64,000 nucleotides of DNA from Octopus sinensis (taxonomy: Eukaryota), in NCBI RefSeq assembly GCF_006345805.1, contig NC_043004.1, forward strand, positions 107,012,001 through 107,076,000, given 5' to 3'. Shown here one piece after another: positions 23,601 through 37,736 of the stretch. A model generated the notes under the pieces. It was not told the DNA's origin. It searched no databases and saw only the letters and a program-made list of their open reading frames with translations. Made by a program: the position numbers and the translations under genes. Each line of letters begins with the position of its first letter. The first letter of the stretch is position 1.

Positions 23601-26600
23601 ATAATCAACTTTTTGAGATCAGCTTCCACCACTTCTTCTTGTACCATAGGTTCCTTCCATTTGGATATCTTGACAATTCTTTATCCAAATGTCTACTACC
23701 ATATGCATCATCGACATCACATGATTCTCCAAGAACAGCTTCTTTCTGGCACACGACACACTCAGTTTAGCTTCCAGCTCAATTGTCTTCTAGTGTTCAT
23801 GCAAACTAACATTACATACTCAGCAGAATATTCTCACCTCATTTCTTTCCAACCAGCTTTGAATCATCTTCCACATCCAACGCCTAAGCAACACCCAATT
23901 TCCTACACAAACATCATACAATCTGTATTTCCTGTAATTCAGCATTTAATTTTATTTCGAGTGACTGATCCACTCCAACAAATAACATCTGATAAATACC
24001 ATGGCTGACAACCTCAACAATCAGGGTGGATTAGAGAAATATCACAATGAAACAAAAACAAAAACAAAAATGAAATACTTAATAAAATCTACTGTTTTAT
24101 TTCCATACCTTGATCCTGCCGGAGTTATTCCTTTCTTAGGAATTTTCCTCCCCAAATGTTGCACCCAGGACTTTTGTTTCTCTGAGGATTCCGCCAACAG
24201 CAATAATTCCTTAGCTTGAATGTCGTAGTTAACTGAAAAATAATAGAGAAAGTGAATGAGATGCTACAAGGCATATATATTGCTATAAATGGGTGCATGG
24301 GTGCATATACAACATACTTTTTCCTTCCCAGAAAAATGTCTCAAAAAAAAAAAAGAAATCATTCTGGGTCCTTCCTAAGTGCAAAGTTGGGCCTCCCATA
24401 AGCTTTAATGCACTAAAAGAACCTTTTCTTGTATATGCGCTGTTGTAAAAGGGATGTGACTAATATGCCCATGCATCTTTTATACTACAAAATATAGTAA
24501 TTTGAGAATTTAGTGGTGGGATGTGTTGATGCCTGGACTGTTGTTGTACACATGCCTGGTATGGTGTTGTGAATGTTTTAAGTGGTTTTTGAGCCTATGT
24601 GTGATGTACAGATGTTTGTTTAGAGTACTTTTATGCATATGTTTTGAGCAGTGTCATACATGCGTTCAGCATGGTGTTAAGTACATGTTTAGCATGCTGT
24701 GGTGAACATGACTGCAGTAATGACATGAACCAGTTTCCACTAATGTGACATGCAAACATATGAACAGTGGTGAGGTGTTGAATATGTGTTGGATACTGTG
24801 GTGTGTATGTGTGATGAATAATATAAGGAGTACATGTAGTGTGGTGTATGCTGTGAAGGTGCGTGGCTTAATGGTTAGGGTATTCAGTTCATGATTGTAA
24901 GAACATGAGTTCGATTCCTGATAGACATTGAGTCCTTGAGCAAGATGCTTTATTTCACATTGCTCCAGTTCACTCATCTGGCAAAAATGAGTCATACTTG
25001 TAATTCAAAGGGTCAGCCAGGTCATATTCTGTGTCACTCTGAATCTCCCTGAGAACTGTGTTAAGGGTATGCATGTCTGTGGAGTCCTCAGCCACTTGCA
25101 CATTAATTTCACGAGCAGGCTGTTCTGTTCATCAGATCAGCTGGAACCTTCATCACTGTAACCAACGGAGTACCAATCGTGTATGCATGTATGCATACAT
25201 TGAGTAATATAGGGTGTGTGTATGTGTGTGTGTGTGTGTGTGAAGTAATGTGATATACACATAAGAGTGCTGAGTAGTGTACAGTGTACATATCTGACAG
25301 TGCTGAGTTGCCTGACGTGTACAAATATGTGAGCATTGAGTAGTGTGGTATGTGCATGAGCCTGTTCAATAGTATAAATGTGTACATGTATGTGTGCTGA
25401 GTACTGTGATGAGTGCATGTATGACACTGTTGAGTAGCATGTACATGGATCTATGTGCTGAGTAAAGATCAGTGTACAAGTACGTGTTGAGTAATGTGGT
25501 ATAGTGGTAAGTACATGAATGTGTATATGGAGAAGAGAAGTGTGTACACGTGCTGAGTAATGTGGTATAGCTTTTATGTGATGATTTACTAATCAGTATT
25601 TTCTTACAACTAAAATATAAACTGGTCACTAACAAAGAGACAAGAGTATGTTATTGGACTTCACATGGAACCAACTTAGCTACTCTTGAGTGAGAGTATA
25701 AAAACTGCCCCCCCCCCCCCACTGCCAAGCCATGTGACAAAGTAGGCTCATCAACCCAGTATGACCTCAAGCTCAAATTTACAGCCTGCACATCAGACCA
25801 TGGTTAGTGGAGAGAATATGCTGAGGCCTCCGTCCAGCAGTGGACGGAACATGGGCAATCCAATCCAACCACAAGCACTAAAAGAAGGTAAAGACCTCCT
25901 TTGCTCATGAATGACCATGGGATTGCACCTAGAAAGTTACCCTCTGAGGCACAAGTCCAGGGAGGGCTGTTTATAGAAGACCAACAGTTGGCCATATATA
26001 CCCGCTTCCCCTCTCCAAGCCACTGATGTTGCCCAAGGGAAAGGCAAAGGGCCAATACAGCTTGGCACCAGTGATGCTGCAACTCTTTTCTACAGATGAG
26101 TGAACTGGAACAACATGAAATAAAGTGTCTTGCTGAAGTATACAACTCACAGCCTGGTCCAGGAATTGAATTCACAACCTCGTAATTGTGAGCCCAATGC
26201 TCTAACCACTGGGTCAAGTACCTTCACAAGCACTTATTGTGAGTATTGCTGCTTGTTCTGACAAGTGTGCATATTCTTGTGCACACAAGCACAACTATAA
26301 GTTTGTGCATACATATAAGGATGGATGGATGGATAGATAGATAGATAGATATGAATATATATTTGCATACGTGTATATGTGACAGTGTAGTTGCAAAATA
26401 TGGCAGATCAAAACAGAAACCTGAACTGCCAGAAGAGGCCATAGAATCAGTTGAATAAATATACATTACCTTTACAATATCCTATAAATTCTTCTTCCTT
26501 TTCATGATGTTCTCGATGTACCTTTACATGACATCCTGGAAAAGATAACATTTAATCACATTTACTTAACATTGCTTTAATAATTTCTTTCCATATTTTG

Positions 26601-26799
26601 TTGGGCGTGGGAGTAGAGACATGATACAATCTCTCCTTTTTTCATACGATCAGTGGTTCTTAACCTCTAAAGTCCATTTTTACTACCTCATTAACATTTT
26701 CAGCCCATCTTAAATATGTAAATGCCCACATTATTACCATCTTTATTGTAATTCTTTAGGAAAGAGGAAAAGAGAGAGGGAGGAAGGAAACAGCGCAAA

Positions 26800-26856
<57 letters not shown>

Positions 26857-29800
26857 AACTTATCCTCAGCACAAATACATATTCTGGGTAACATCAGTTA
26901 ATACTCTGCCAGACTTGCCTTTAAAAGTAGTCAGACCTTATTGTCTAAACATTGAACTTGTTTGGTGTTTTTTGGTGGGAGTTTTTCTAGCATAGCTACG
27001 TACTTAAGAAGCTATGTGGTTTTGGGTTCAGCTCCACTGAAACAGTACCTTGGCTGTCTTCTACTATAGCCCCAGGCTGACAAATGAGAATTTGATAGAT
27101 GAAAACTGTGTGTGTGTTTCTTTTTTTTTTGCTTTTCCCCCCTTCCCCAGAGCCTGACAACCAGTGTTGCTTTGTTGACATCAATGTAAATAAGAAGTTC
27201 AACAAAAGAGATTGAAAGAATGAGTAGCAGCCTTAAAATAAAAACTGGTGTCAAACTGTTCAACTAAACCGTTCAAGGCAGTACCCCAGCATGGGCTCAG
27301 CACAATAACTGAAACAAGTAGAAGATAAAAGAAATCATTGCCAGACTCTGAAGATTTTGGGGAGTGATTGATGTTAATCTTCTCAAATAACAATTAGTCC
27401 ATCTCTATTATTACTCAATACTAATAAAGGTTGCAAGGTGGTGGATTAGCAGAATCATTAGTATGCCAGGCAAAATGCTTAGTGCCATTGTGAGTTCAAA
27501 TGCTAGTGAGGTCGATTTTGCCTCTCAGCCTTTCCAGGTCAATAGCATACGTTCCAGTTAGGGGTCAATAGCATAGGTTCCAGTTAGGGGTCAATAGCAT
27601 ACGTTCCAGTTAGGGGTCAATAGCATACGTTCCAGTTAGGGGTCAATAGAATCAAATACCTTCCTGCCCAAACTTGCTGGGCTTGTGCCAAAATTTGAAA
27701 CTGATAATAGCATGCCAGGTAAAACGTTTAGTGGCAGTTTGTCTGTCTTTACATTCTGAGTTCAAATTTCACTGGGGTAGACCTTGCCTTTCATCCTTTT
27801 GAGGTCGATAGAATAAGTAGCAGTTCAGGAGTGAGGTCCCCTGATATCGCTGGCTTTGTACCAAAAATTTGAAACCAATATATTATTAGAGGTGGTAGGG
27901 TGGTGAGCTAGCAGAATCGGTAACACGCCAGGCAAAATGTTTAGTGGCATTTTGTCAGTCTTTATGTTCTGAGTTCAAATTTCACTGGGGTTGACTTTGC
28001 CTTTCATCCTTTCAGGGTTAATAAAATAAATAGCAGTTCAGTACTGACAGCTTGTGATATTGCCGGCTTTGTACCAAAGATTTGAAACCAATGTTGATAG
28101 AGGCGTAGGAGTCGCTGTGTGGTAAGTAGCTTGCTTACCAACCACATGGTTCTGGGTTCAGTCCCACTGCATGGCACCTTGGGCCAACCAAAGCTTTGTG
28201 AGTGGATTTGGTAGACAGAAACTGAAAGAAGCCCGTCGTATATATGTATGTGTATGTATATGCCAACTGTGTGTCCCCCTTGGTGATAGAATAAGTACTA
28301 AGCTTCCAAAGAAATCCTGGGGTTGATTTGCTTGACTAAAGGCGGTGCTCCAACATGGCTGCAGTCAAATGACTGAAACTAGTAAAAGAGAGGTTGTCTG
28401 GGGAAGTTCTCCAGCTGAACCTAATCCGACTATTTTATTAATGGATTAGCAAACAATTGCTAAAAAAATGTTGAGAAAGCAAACTTATATGGCTTAAAAG
28501 GTAGATTATGAAGAGACAGTGGTAGCCTGACAAGGTGTACTTACGCTTGCATTCTAAAGCTGCGGGAGGGTGTATCACGTGCCAGACAGGCTTGTTACAA
28601 GAATCACAGGTCGCAGGGGTACGGTAATGAATTGGAATTAGGTCATGTCCTTTGTATGAGAAACCCGTTCGATCCTGCAAATGGAAAAAAAATTAATGAA
28701 ATTTAATTATATAAAGAACAATTATAAGTAATTAGTGGATTTGTAGAAATCATACAGTGATGAAATAATTATCTTCCAGTATTGATTTCTGCTAATGATC
28801 TGAGTTCAAACTCTGCCAATGTACACTTTGCTCTTTGTACCTCCAGATTTTTTAATTTTTTTTATTTATTAAGTATCAGTTATAAACAAGGATAGATTCA
28901 ATCAACAATACCCTTTCCCTATAAATTTGGGCCAACATAAGGAATCATGGTTTAAGAAGATCATTTTGCAACCACATGGTTTTAAAGCAGAGTTTCTCAA
29001 CCATTTTTTATCTATGATCCCCTTTGATTTTTATTTTGCTTGAGTGGACCCTCCGAGCCATTCAATGATTTTTAAAAATTCCTAATATTAATTAAATATT
29101 ATTAGGAATTGTATAAAAATAATTCTTTAAATATTCTGTGTATTGTAGATGCATATGTAATTTATTGGAGATAAATTTCAACAACAAAATCTTATATGGT
29201 CCGAAGGGCCATATGGACCCCAGTTGTGGACCACTGTTTTAGAGTAATAACATGTAAGATTCATAAGTTGTACAACACAGGCCATGAGACAAATCAGTTG
29301 CTCAATGCATGTTATGTGACACCAGAGAATATTGCAAAACATAAGTTATTGTATGCTGTGTACAATTACAACTCTAACATTATATGGTTCGGTAGAAACG
29401 TTAGCACGCCGGGCGAAATGCTTAATGTTATTCCGCCTGCTGCTACGTTCTGAGTTCAAATTCCGCCAAGGTCGACCTTGCCTTTCATCCTTTCGGGGTC
29501 GATTAAATAAGTACCAGTTATGCAATGGGGTCGATATAATCGACTTAATCCGTTTGTCTGTCCTTGTTTGTCCCCTCTGTGTGTAGCTCCTTGTGAGCAG
29601 TAAAGAAATAAGATGAAAGGGCTAGCAATTGCATAGCAGTCATACAACATTATGTACAAAGTCTGCTATCATATTTGATAGCATATAAAAAAGCTGCCTT
29701 TTCAAAAAATGTCTATAAAAAAAAAAAAAAACCACCTCAGGTCCTATATGCAAAGTTAAATCTTCCCTAAGATAATTTTGTCCCTGACACTCACTACTAG

Positions 29801-32800
29801 AGGCTTATTTTAAGCCAGACTGTCTCTTCTAACTTGCCTGACTCTACAATATGTGCAGCTGTACTGCTCACTTTTTATAAACTGCAAGTCTTTCTGATAT
29901 AGTTAGGGGACTCTTGTAATATACTGCAAAGTTACTTTAACCCCTTAACATTCAAACTTGCCATATCTGGCCAAAATATTCTACCTATTTTATGTTCAAA
30001 CCAGCCAGATCTGGACTCTCACACCTATCCTACAATGCCATTCTAAAAATAAGCAATCGCATTGTCAAAATCTCAAAGCTATGAGATAAAGCATGGGTTA
30101 TTGAGAACAATGTAAATTTGCATTTGACAGAATAATCTGAATGCTAAAGAGTCAAATATTGCAAGCCTTAATGCACTGGAAACATTTTCCCTGAATATGC
30201 AATGTTGAAATGAGAGTGCAGCCAATGTGCCTGTGTCTCTTTTATGCCATCGAATGTGGAGCACGGGATGCGCCGTGCAAATGGAACCAGCTGTTACACA
30301 GACTATAGGATATAAGGATAGTCGATAGTCACAATCCAGACATCATGAATGCTGGTATCATGATGTTGATGTTACATTAAGATGACTGTCTGACACCAAC
30401 TATTTAAGAGTAGGATGGTTACAAGATACAGTAAATCTGTAGTTATCTACAAGTGTTATGTAGTTTCAGCATAAGAAAACACGTCCTTTCTCATGCATAC
30501 AAAACGTCTGGTGCACTTGTCACACAGAAAACTCAACCTGAGGACAGTTATTTCTTCACAAAAAATTTCTTAGCCACCAAAATCTAACATAACTCAAACC
30601 AACAAAAAAAGTCTCTATGTGGTCGTTTGATCTGCAAGAAATAGCAGTCAAATCTCCATTTAACAATATCTTAATAATTAAAAAAAAAATAAGAGCACAG
30701 CCCTAGATATTCCTAAAAAAAACAGGAAGGTCATTCCTGAAACATCTTTGATCACAAGTCTACTTGATCAGCTCTGTCCTGGGGTTAAACAATAAAAAAA
30801 AAAAAGAAACAAACAAACAACAGCCACTGACCTGACTTTCTTGTGCAGTCTCGCCTGGTTTTCTGTTTTCTCCTTCTGTTGCATAGAGAATCTGTAATAA
30901 AAAAAAAAAATTAACTGATTAGTAAACATTAACAAAATAACAACTAGTCACGAAACACAATTAACTGGTCAATAAACATTTATTGGAAAAAATCAATTGG
31001 TCAATAGGAAATTGGAATGATTTTGGTCTTACCAAAGCATTTTTATTAGTTTTTTATTATTTTACTCAATATATTTCATTCTGCCACATGAAGATTTAGC
31101 ATGTATGTATGTAGGGGGGTGGGGGGTGAATGCACATATATCAAAATGAGTAGTTCTTAATGAGGAGAGAGAGAGAGAGCATGTATGTGTGCACATACAT
31201 ACGTGTGTGTGTGTGTGCATGAGTGTGAGTATGCATTCACACAAAAAAGATGCAAAATGGTTTTTCTCATAAGCTTTCTCAGGAATCTCTGAGATCGCTC
31301 CTACATCCCAACTCACATTGAGCAGAAGTGAGGATGTAGGTGGAGGGGCAGGGTTGGAGTTACCAGGGACATGAATCATCAAATTCACTGATGCAGAACA
31401 TTAGAATCACAGACACGATGCATTCCAATTCCTTTGGCCAGTGTCATTAGCTGTTTAACAAACATCGCATTATTACACAGTGTTAAAACATCACTTCTTT
31501 CTTCTTTAAAAAAGTCAGTGGAGGAAAGGCAACATCCAGACTTTTGTAGAACCTCTAAGATGGTAAGGAAATGGATAGAGTTTATAGTTGGGAAGTTAAT
31601 GAGCTGAATGGTGTTGTGTAAGCAAGCGGTTATGTCCTCAAGAAATTTAGTCTGTGGAGCTCAGTTTTTGTGATGTTATATGAAATTGTTATAGGAAATC
31701 ATCTGAGTTAGTATTTGTAGAAACTTTAAGTGCTTTAGCTGTGTTTTTATACACAATGGAAGGTGTAGTACAAGACTGTCTCCTTGATATTTATTTATTT
31801 ATTTTTTTGGTGCTGCTAAAGGAGACTAAGTTGCCACATCCCAATTAGGGAGTGTATTCTAGGTTGCAATTAATTCTAGGTTTGATGGATTAAATCAGGA
31901 AATGTATGGTATGTCATGGTTGCATGTGAATAACCAAAAGACAAAGAAGAGTGAAAGGCACCTTGAATCTGCAGAGATAGAAGTGTGAGTGATTAGAATG
32001 GTGAGAAGGAAGGGTAGAGGAGAGACATAGAAGTTAACAGAATTTGATTGCAGAGAATCACACATTGCTGGAACTTGCAAACCAAACTGGATCTCTCTCT
32101 CCCACCACTAATCACTCAACTATGAAAGCAGACACCTTTTGCCAGCCGGATACATTAAGGAAAGCAGAGTTTATTGGTCTCTGTCAATAAACAAACTGGA
32201 ACTGGCTGCAGTAATAAACACGGGACTCTAGAATGTGACCAGCTGGAGCAGAGCTATTTCTAATGTTTGGTTACTTATAGTTTGAAGCATGATAGAGTGT
32301 GATGTGTGAAGTGAAGTAAAGTGAGGTGGGATCCAGAGTAATGATGTGCTCAAGTGTAATTGCACTTCATGTAATTAGTGAAGTTCAGAATTATCTACAC
32401 CAGCATGGTGGCATGTGATATAGTGAATTGTACTGTCACAGAGCAGAATGTGGTGCAGTGTGTTATAGTACAGAGTGGTTTCGTATATGATATAGCTTCA
32501 TTTAGCATGAGGTGTATGAGGTACAGCGTGAGGTGTTTGTGGTACAGCATGAGGCGTCTGAGGTACAGCGTGAGGTGTATGAGGTACAGCGTGAGGGTGT
32601 TTGTGGTACAGCATGAGGCGTGTCTGAGGTACAGCATGAGGTGTATGAGTGGTCAGCGTGAGGGTGTTTGTGGTACAGCATGCAGAGGATCTAAGGTACA
32701 GCAGATGTGTGTATGAGGTACAGCGTGAGGTGTTTGTGGTACAGCATGAGGCGTCTGAGGTACAGCATGAGGTGTATGAGGTACAGCGTGAGGTGTTGTG

Positions 32801-35800
32801 GTACAGCATGAGGCATCTGAGGTACAGCATGAGGGTATGAGGTACAGCGTGAGGTGTTTGTGGTACAGCATGAGGGCGTCTGAGGTACAGCGTGAGGTGT
32901 ATGAGGTACAGCGTGAGGTGTTTGTGGTACAGCATGAGGCGTCTGAGGTACAGCATGAGGTGTATGAGGTACAGCGTGAGGTGTTTGTGGTACAGCATGA
33001 GGCATCTAAGGTACAGCATGAGGTGTATGAGGTACAGGTGAGCGTGAGGTTGTTGTGGTACAGCATGAGGCGTCTGAGGTACAGCATGAGGTGTATGAGG
33101 TACAGCGCGGAGTTGTTTGTGGTACAGCATGAGGCATCTGAGGTACAGCATGAGGTGTATGAGGTACAGCGTGAGGTGTTTGTGGTACAGCATGAGGCGT
33201 CTGAGGTACAGCGTGAGGGTATGAGGTACAGCGTGAGGTGTTTGTGGTACAGCATGAGGCGTCTGAGGTACAGCATGAGGTGTATGAGGTACAGCGTGAG
33301 GTGTTTGTGGTACAGCATGAGGCATCTAAGGTACAGCATGAGGTGTATGAGGTACAGCGTGAGGTGTTTGTGGTACAGCATGAGGCGTCTGAGGTACAGC
33401 ATGAGGTGTATGAGGTACAGCGTGAGGTGTTTGTGGTACAGCATGAGGCATCTGAGGTACAGCATGAGGTGTATGAGGTACAGCGTGAGGTGTTTGTGGT
33501 ACAGCATGAGGCGTCTGAGGTACAGCGTGAGGTGTATGAGGTACAGCGTGAGGTGTTTGTGGTACAGCATGAGGCGTCTGAGGTACAGCATGAGGTGTAT
33601 GAGGTACAGCGTGAGGTGTTTGTGGTACAGCATGAGGCATCTGAGGTACAGCATGAGGTGTATGAGGTACAGCGTGAGATGTTTGTGGTACAGCGTGGGG
33701 TGCTTGAGGTATAGCGTGAGGTGTGAAAGCATGTGACTAAATGGTTTGGGGTGTTTGGTTCATGATCGTAAGGTCATGAGTTCAATTCCTGGTGGCATAT
33801 TGTGTCCTTGAGTAAGACTCTTTGTTTCAAGTTGCTCCAGTCCACTCAGGTGGCAAAAGTTAGTTGTACCTGTAATACAAAAAGGACCAGCCTTGTAACA
33901 TTGTGTCACATTGGATCTCCCTGAGAACTACACGAAGGGTACATGTGTCTGTGGTGTACTCAGCCATTTGCTCATTAATTTCATGACCAGGCTGTTCAGC
34001 TGATCAGATCAGCTGGAACACTCACCATCATAACCAACAGAGCACCAGCTTTATAGCATGATGCAGAATGGTATGGTTTTGTTACAAAATAGTTGGCATG
34101 GGGGGGGGGGTGATATAGCATGACATTGTGTTTACAGCATAAAGTGGTGCGCTACCATATGATGTGGGGTAGTGAAGTTCAACATGGTTTGCTGTTGCAC
34201 AGTGTCAAGAAGGTTTGATAACAGGTTGTAACGGAGCTTTTAGAAAATGTGATAATAAATAATTACCTGAAATATTCTTGGAATATCTTTAGAATCAGCT
34301 CGATACACATCTCCTTGAGTAACTGGACGTACATGGAATAATTTACTAAAGGAAACAAAAAAAAAAAAATTAGAAAAATATCACTCAGACCAGATAAAGA
34401 TTATCATTGTCATGATTTCAACTCATTACATCCTGAGGTCAAATTCTGCTGAGATTAATTTTGCCTTCATCTCTCTGGGGTTGATAGAATAAAGTACCAG
34501 TCAAGTACTGGGGTCAATGTAATTGACTTGCCCCTCCCTTCAAATTTGTTGGTCTTGTACCCAAGGACACTTACAGTATGACAGTGATGCTCGTTTACAA
34601 CCATCACATGATATCAGGACAAGGAGACAGTAATGGATACACACAACGGGCTTCTTTCAGTTTCCACTTATTGGATCCACTCACAAGGCTTTGGTTGGCT
34701 CATAGCTACAGAAGCAGAAACTTACTCAAAGCGCCACCCAGTGGGACGGAACCTGAAACTATGTGGACGGCTATGTTGGATAGCTTATTTCTTGCAAGAT
34801 TAGCAATTTTGAGAGGAACGGTTAAATCAATTTCATGAACCCCAGTATTTGACTGGTACTTTAATGTATTGACTCTAAAAAGCATGAAAGACAAAAGGTG
34901 GCTTCAGTGGGATTTGAACTCAAAAAACAAAAAGAAATATTACAAAGCATTTATTCCTGAGCCAACTTACAGCTAAATAATAATGATGATAATAATAATA
35001 GATTCTTATTTTCACACAAGACCAGTAACTTTGAGCGGTGGGGTTAGTAGTCAATACTATTGATCTCAGTACTTGGAGTGGTTCTTTTATGAACCTTAGA
35101 GGAGTGAACAGCAAAACTGACTTTGATAGGATATGAACTCAGAGTATAAATAACCAGAAGAAATAGCCTTTCTACTCTAGGCACAAAGCCTGAAATTTTG
35201 GGGGTGGGGTCAGCTGATTACATCAACCCCAGTACTTGATTGGTAATTGTTTCATCAACCCATAAAGGATGAAAAGCAAAGTTGACCTCGGTGGAATTTG
35301 AACTAAAAAATGTAAAAATGAATGAAATGACGCTAAGCATTTTGTCTGGCATGCTAATGATACTGCCCGCTCATTGTCTTAATAATAATAATAATAATAA
35401 CAATAATAATAAAAGTAGTAGTAGTAGTTTTAAATTTTGCCACAAGGGAAGCAATTCTGGGGTAGAGGATGAGTCAATTACATCGACCCCAGTGTTTAAC
35501 TGGTATTTATTTTATCAACCCCAAAAGGATGCAAGGTAAGGTCAACCTCGGCAGAATTTGAACTCAGAACATAAAGAAAAATGAAATGCCATCATTCTCT
35601 GGCTCCACTCAATCACTCCTAACTCCTACCTTCTTTTCTAAAATGTGAGTTATCACGTAGCTCCTCTACAGCAAGAAACCTGTTCTGTCCCAGCCCTTTT
35701 TCTCACATCTTTACCCATCTTTCACTGCATCTTCTAGCATAAAATTGCTCAACCTGTGCTTTATAGTCTTACAAAACTGTGTAAGAGACTAGTAGCTTGA

Positions 35801-37677
35801 AACAAGCACCCAGTATATGTTGTAAAATGACAGGCATTAGGAAGGACATCCAACCATAGAAACCATACGGGAGCAGACACTGGAGCATGATGTAGCCCTT
35901 GGGCCCATCAAATCTCGTCAAACTCTCCAACTCATGCCAGCATGGAACATGGATGTTAAATTATGACAATTATTATTTTTAACTATGCCATTAGGAAACA
36001 TAAAAATGTTTCATCTTTTCACATTTCTTTACACAAAAACAACAGATTGTAAATTTAAAATATGGAGGTAGACATTTGAATTTATACGCTATTTCACACA
36101 CACATCATCATCATCGTTTAATGTCTGCCTTCTTTGCTACACTCCTAGCACCACTGATCATCCCACTGACACATTTTCATTAAATTCTATAAATAAATGT
36201 TATTAAACGCCACAGTAGACCAATACATAGGCTAATATATTGAAGCACAGTCCAAAGGTTATTTGGATCTAGTTTTTCTATCAAGCAAAAACAACAATGG
36301 AAACCAACTTATTGTTTAAATATCCAAATGGGCAAAGATGTAAAATTAACTGCTATTTTAGGTTAGGTGCTCACATTCTGTCATACATTTAACCATTTTA
36401 AGTGTGTTTTTTTTAATGGAGAGCCTATGATATGAGCTTCTTTATGGCAGGCTTTCTTTTTTAATTATGTTCTTAACTCTTTAGCTTGACTTTTGTCCAA
36501 TTGCTAGAAAGAAGGTGGTTGGCATAGCATCTTTTGAATTTGCCATCGCATAACAGCGAAATTCTTCTGTTCAGTTAGGTTATCATTTAGCATTGCTGTA
36601 ACTTCTGCCTCGTATATAATGGAGTTTATCATACACCACTGGTTGGGAGGACAAGCTCCAGGGTTTTAACAGTTACAACTTGGAGTGGGCTTTTGGTGGT
36701 GTTTATGGGCAAGGTGGTTGGCATAGCATCTTTTGAATTTGCCATCGCATAACAGCGAAATTCTTCTGTTCAGTTAGGTTATCATTTAGCATTGCTGTAA
36801 CTTGCCTGGTATATAATGGAGTTTTATTACACCATGGTTGGGAGGACAAGCTCCAGGTTTTTAAAAACGTTACAACTTGGAGTGGGCTTTTGGTGGTGTT
36901 TATGGGCAATGATGCTCTTCATATTGGGGCAGCAGCTATATGATAATTTAATTGCATGTCTGTTAAAAATCTTCCTGTATTTGTGATTTTGAGGAAAATG
37001 CTTATTTAGACATTTCTGGGAATTACTTATCCAGAAAATCACAAATACAGAAAGACTGTTTAACAGATATTCACTTAAATTATCTAGATGTTGCCCCGAT
37101 ATGAAGAAGATCATTACCTGTAAATATCACCAAGAGCCCACTCTCAGTTGTAACGTTTGAGACCCTGGACTTCTCCAACCAGCTAGGGACATATGGTAAG
37201 CTCTGTTATATATGAGGCAAAAGTTACAGCAATACTCTGTGATAACTTAACTGAAAAGAAGTATTACATCACATTAAGCAAAAGCAAGTTCAAATGTTGT
37301 CCTAACTGCCTGCCCTCTTCCAGGACATGGACAAAAGTAAAGCCACTAAGTTGGTCTTCAAACTCCATACAGGATTATCCAACTCCATACCACTTACAAT
37401 CAAGTGGTTAAATCATAGAATAATTCATGTCATATGTTGATGGATAAAAAAGTTGCAAGTGATGCATACTTTTTTACTTGTTTCAGTCATTTGACTGTGG
37501 CCATGCTGGAGCACCGCCTTTAGTCGACCAAATCGACCTCAGGTCTTATTCTTTGTAAGTCTAGAACTTATTCTATCGGTTCCTTTTGCCAAACTGCTAA
37601 GTTACTGGGATGTAAACACACTAACATTGGTTGTCAAGTGATGTTGGGGGGACAAACACAGACACACAACCATACAA

Positions 37678-37736
<59 letters not shown>

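Noticed and set aside
31250-32250. Possible decayed LINE endonuclease region or extra exon
   Set aside because: No diagnostic motif could be read with confidence; flanking ROCK exons already join in frame without it.
32504-33725. CRISPR-like periodicity
   Set aside because: No unique spacers and eukaryotic context; plain tandem repeat.
32378-33736. Long ORFs (up to 359 aa) on both strands
   Set aside because: By-product of a 21/63-bp satellite lacking stops; intronic, with no splice or start context.
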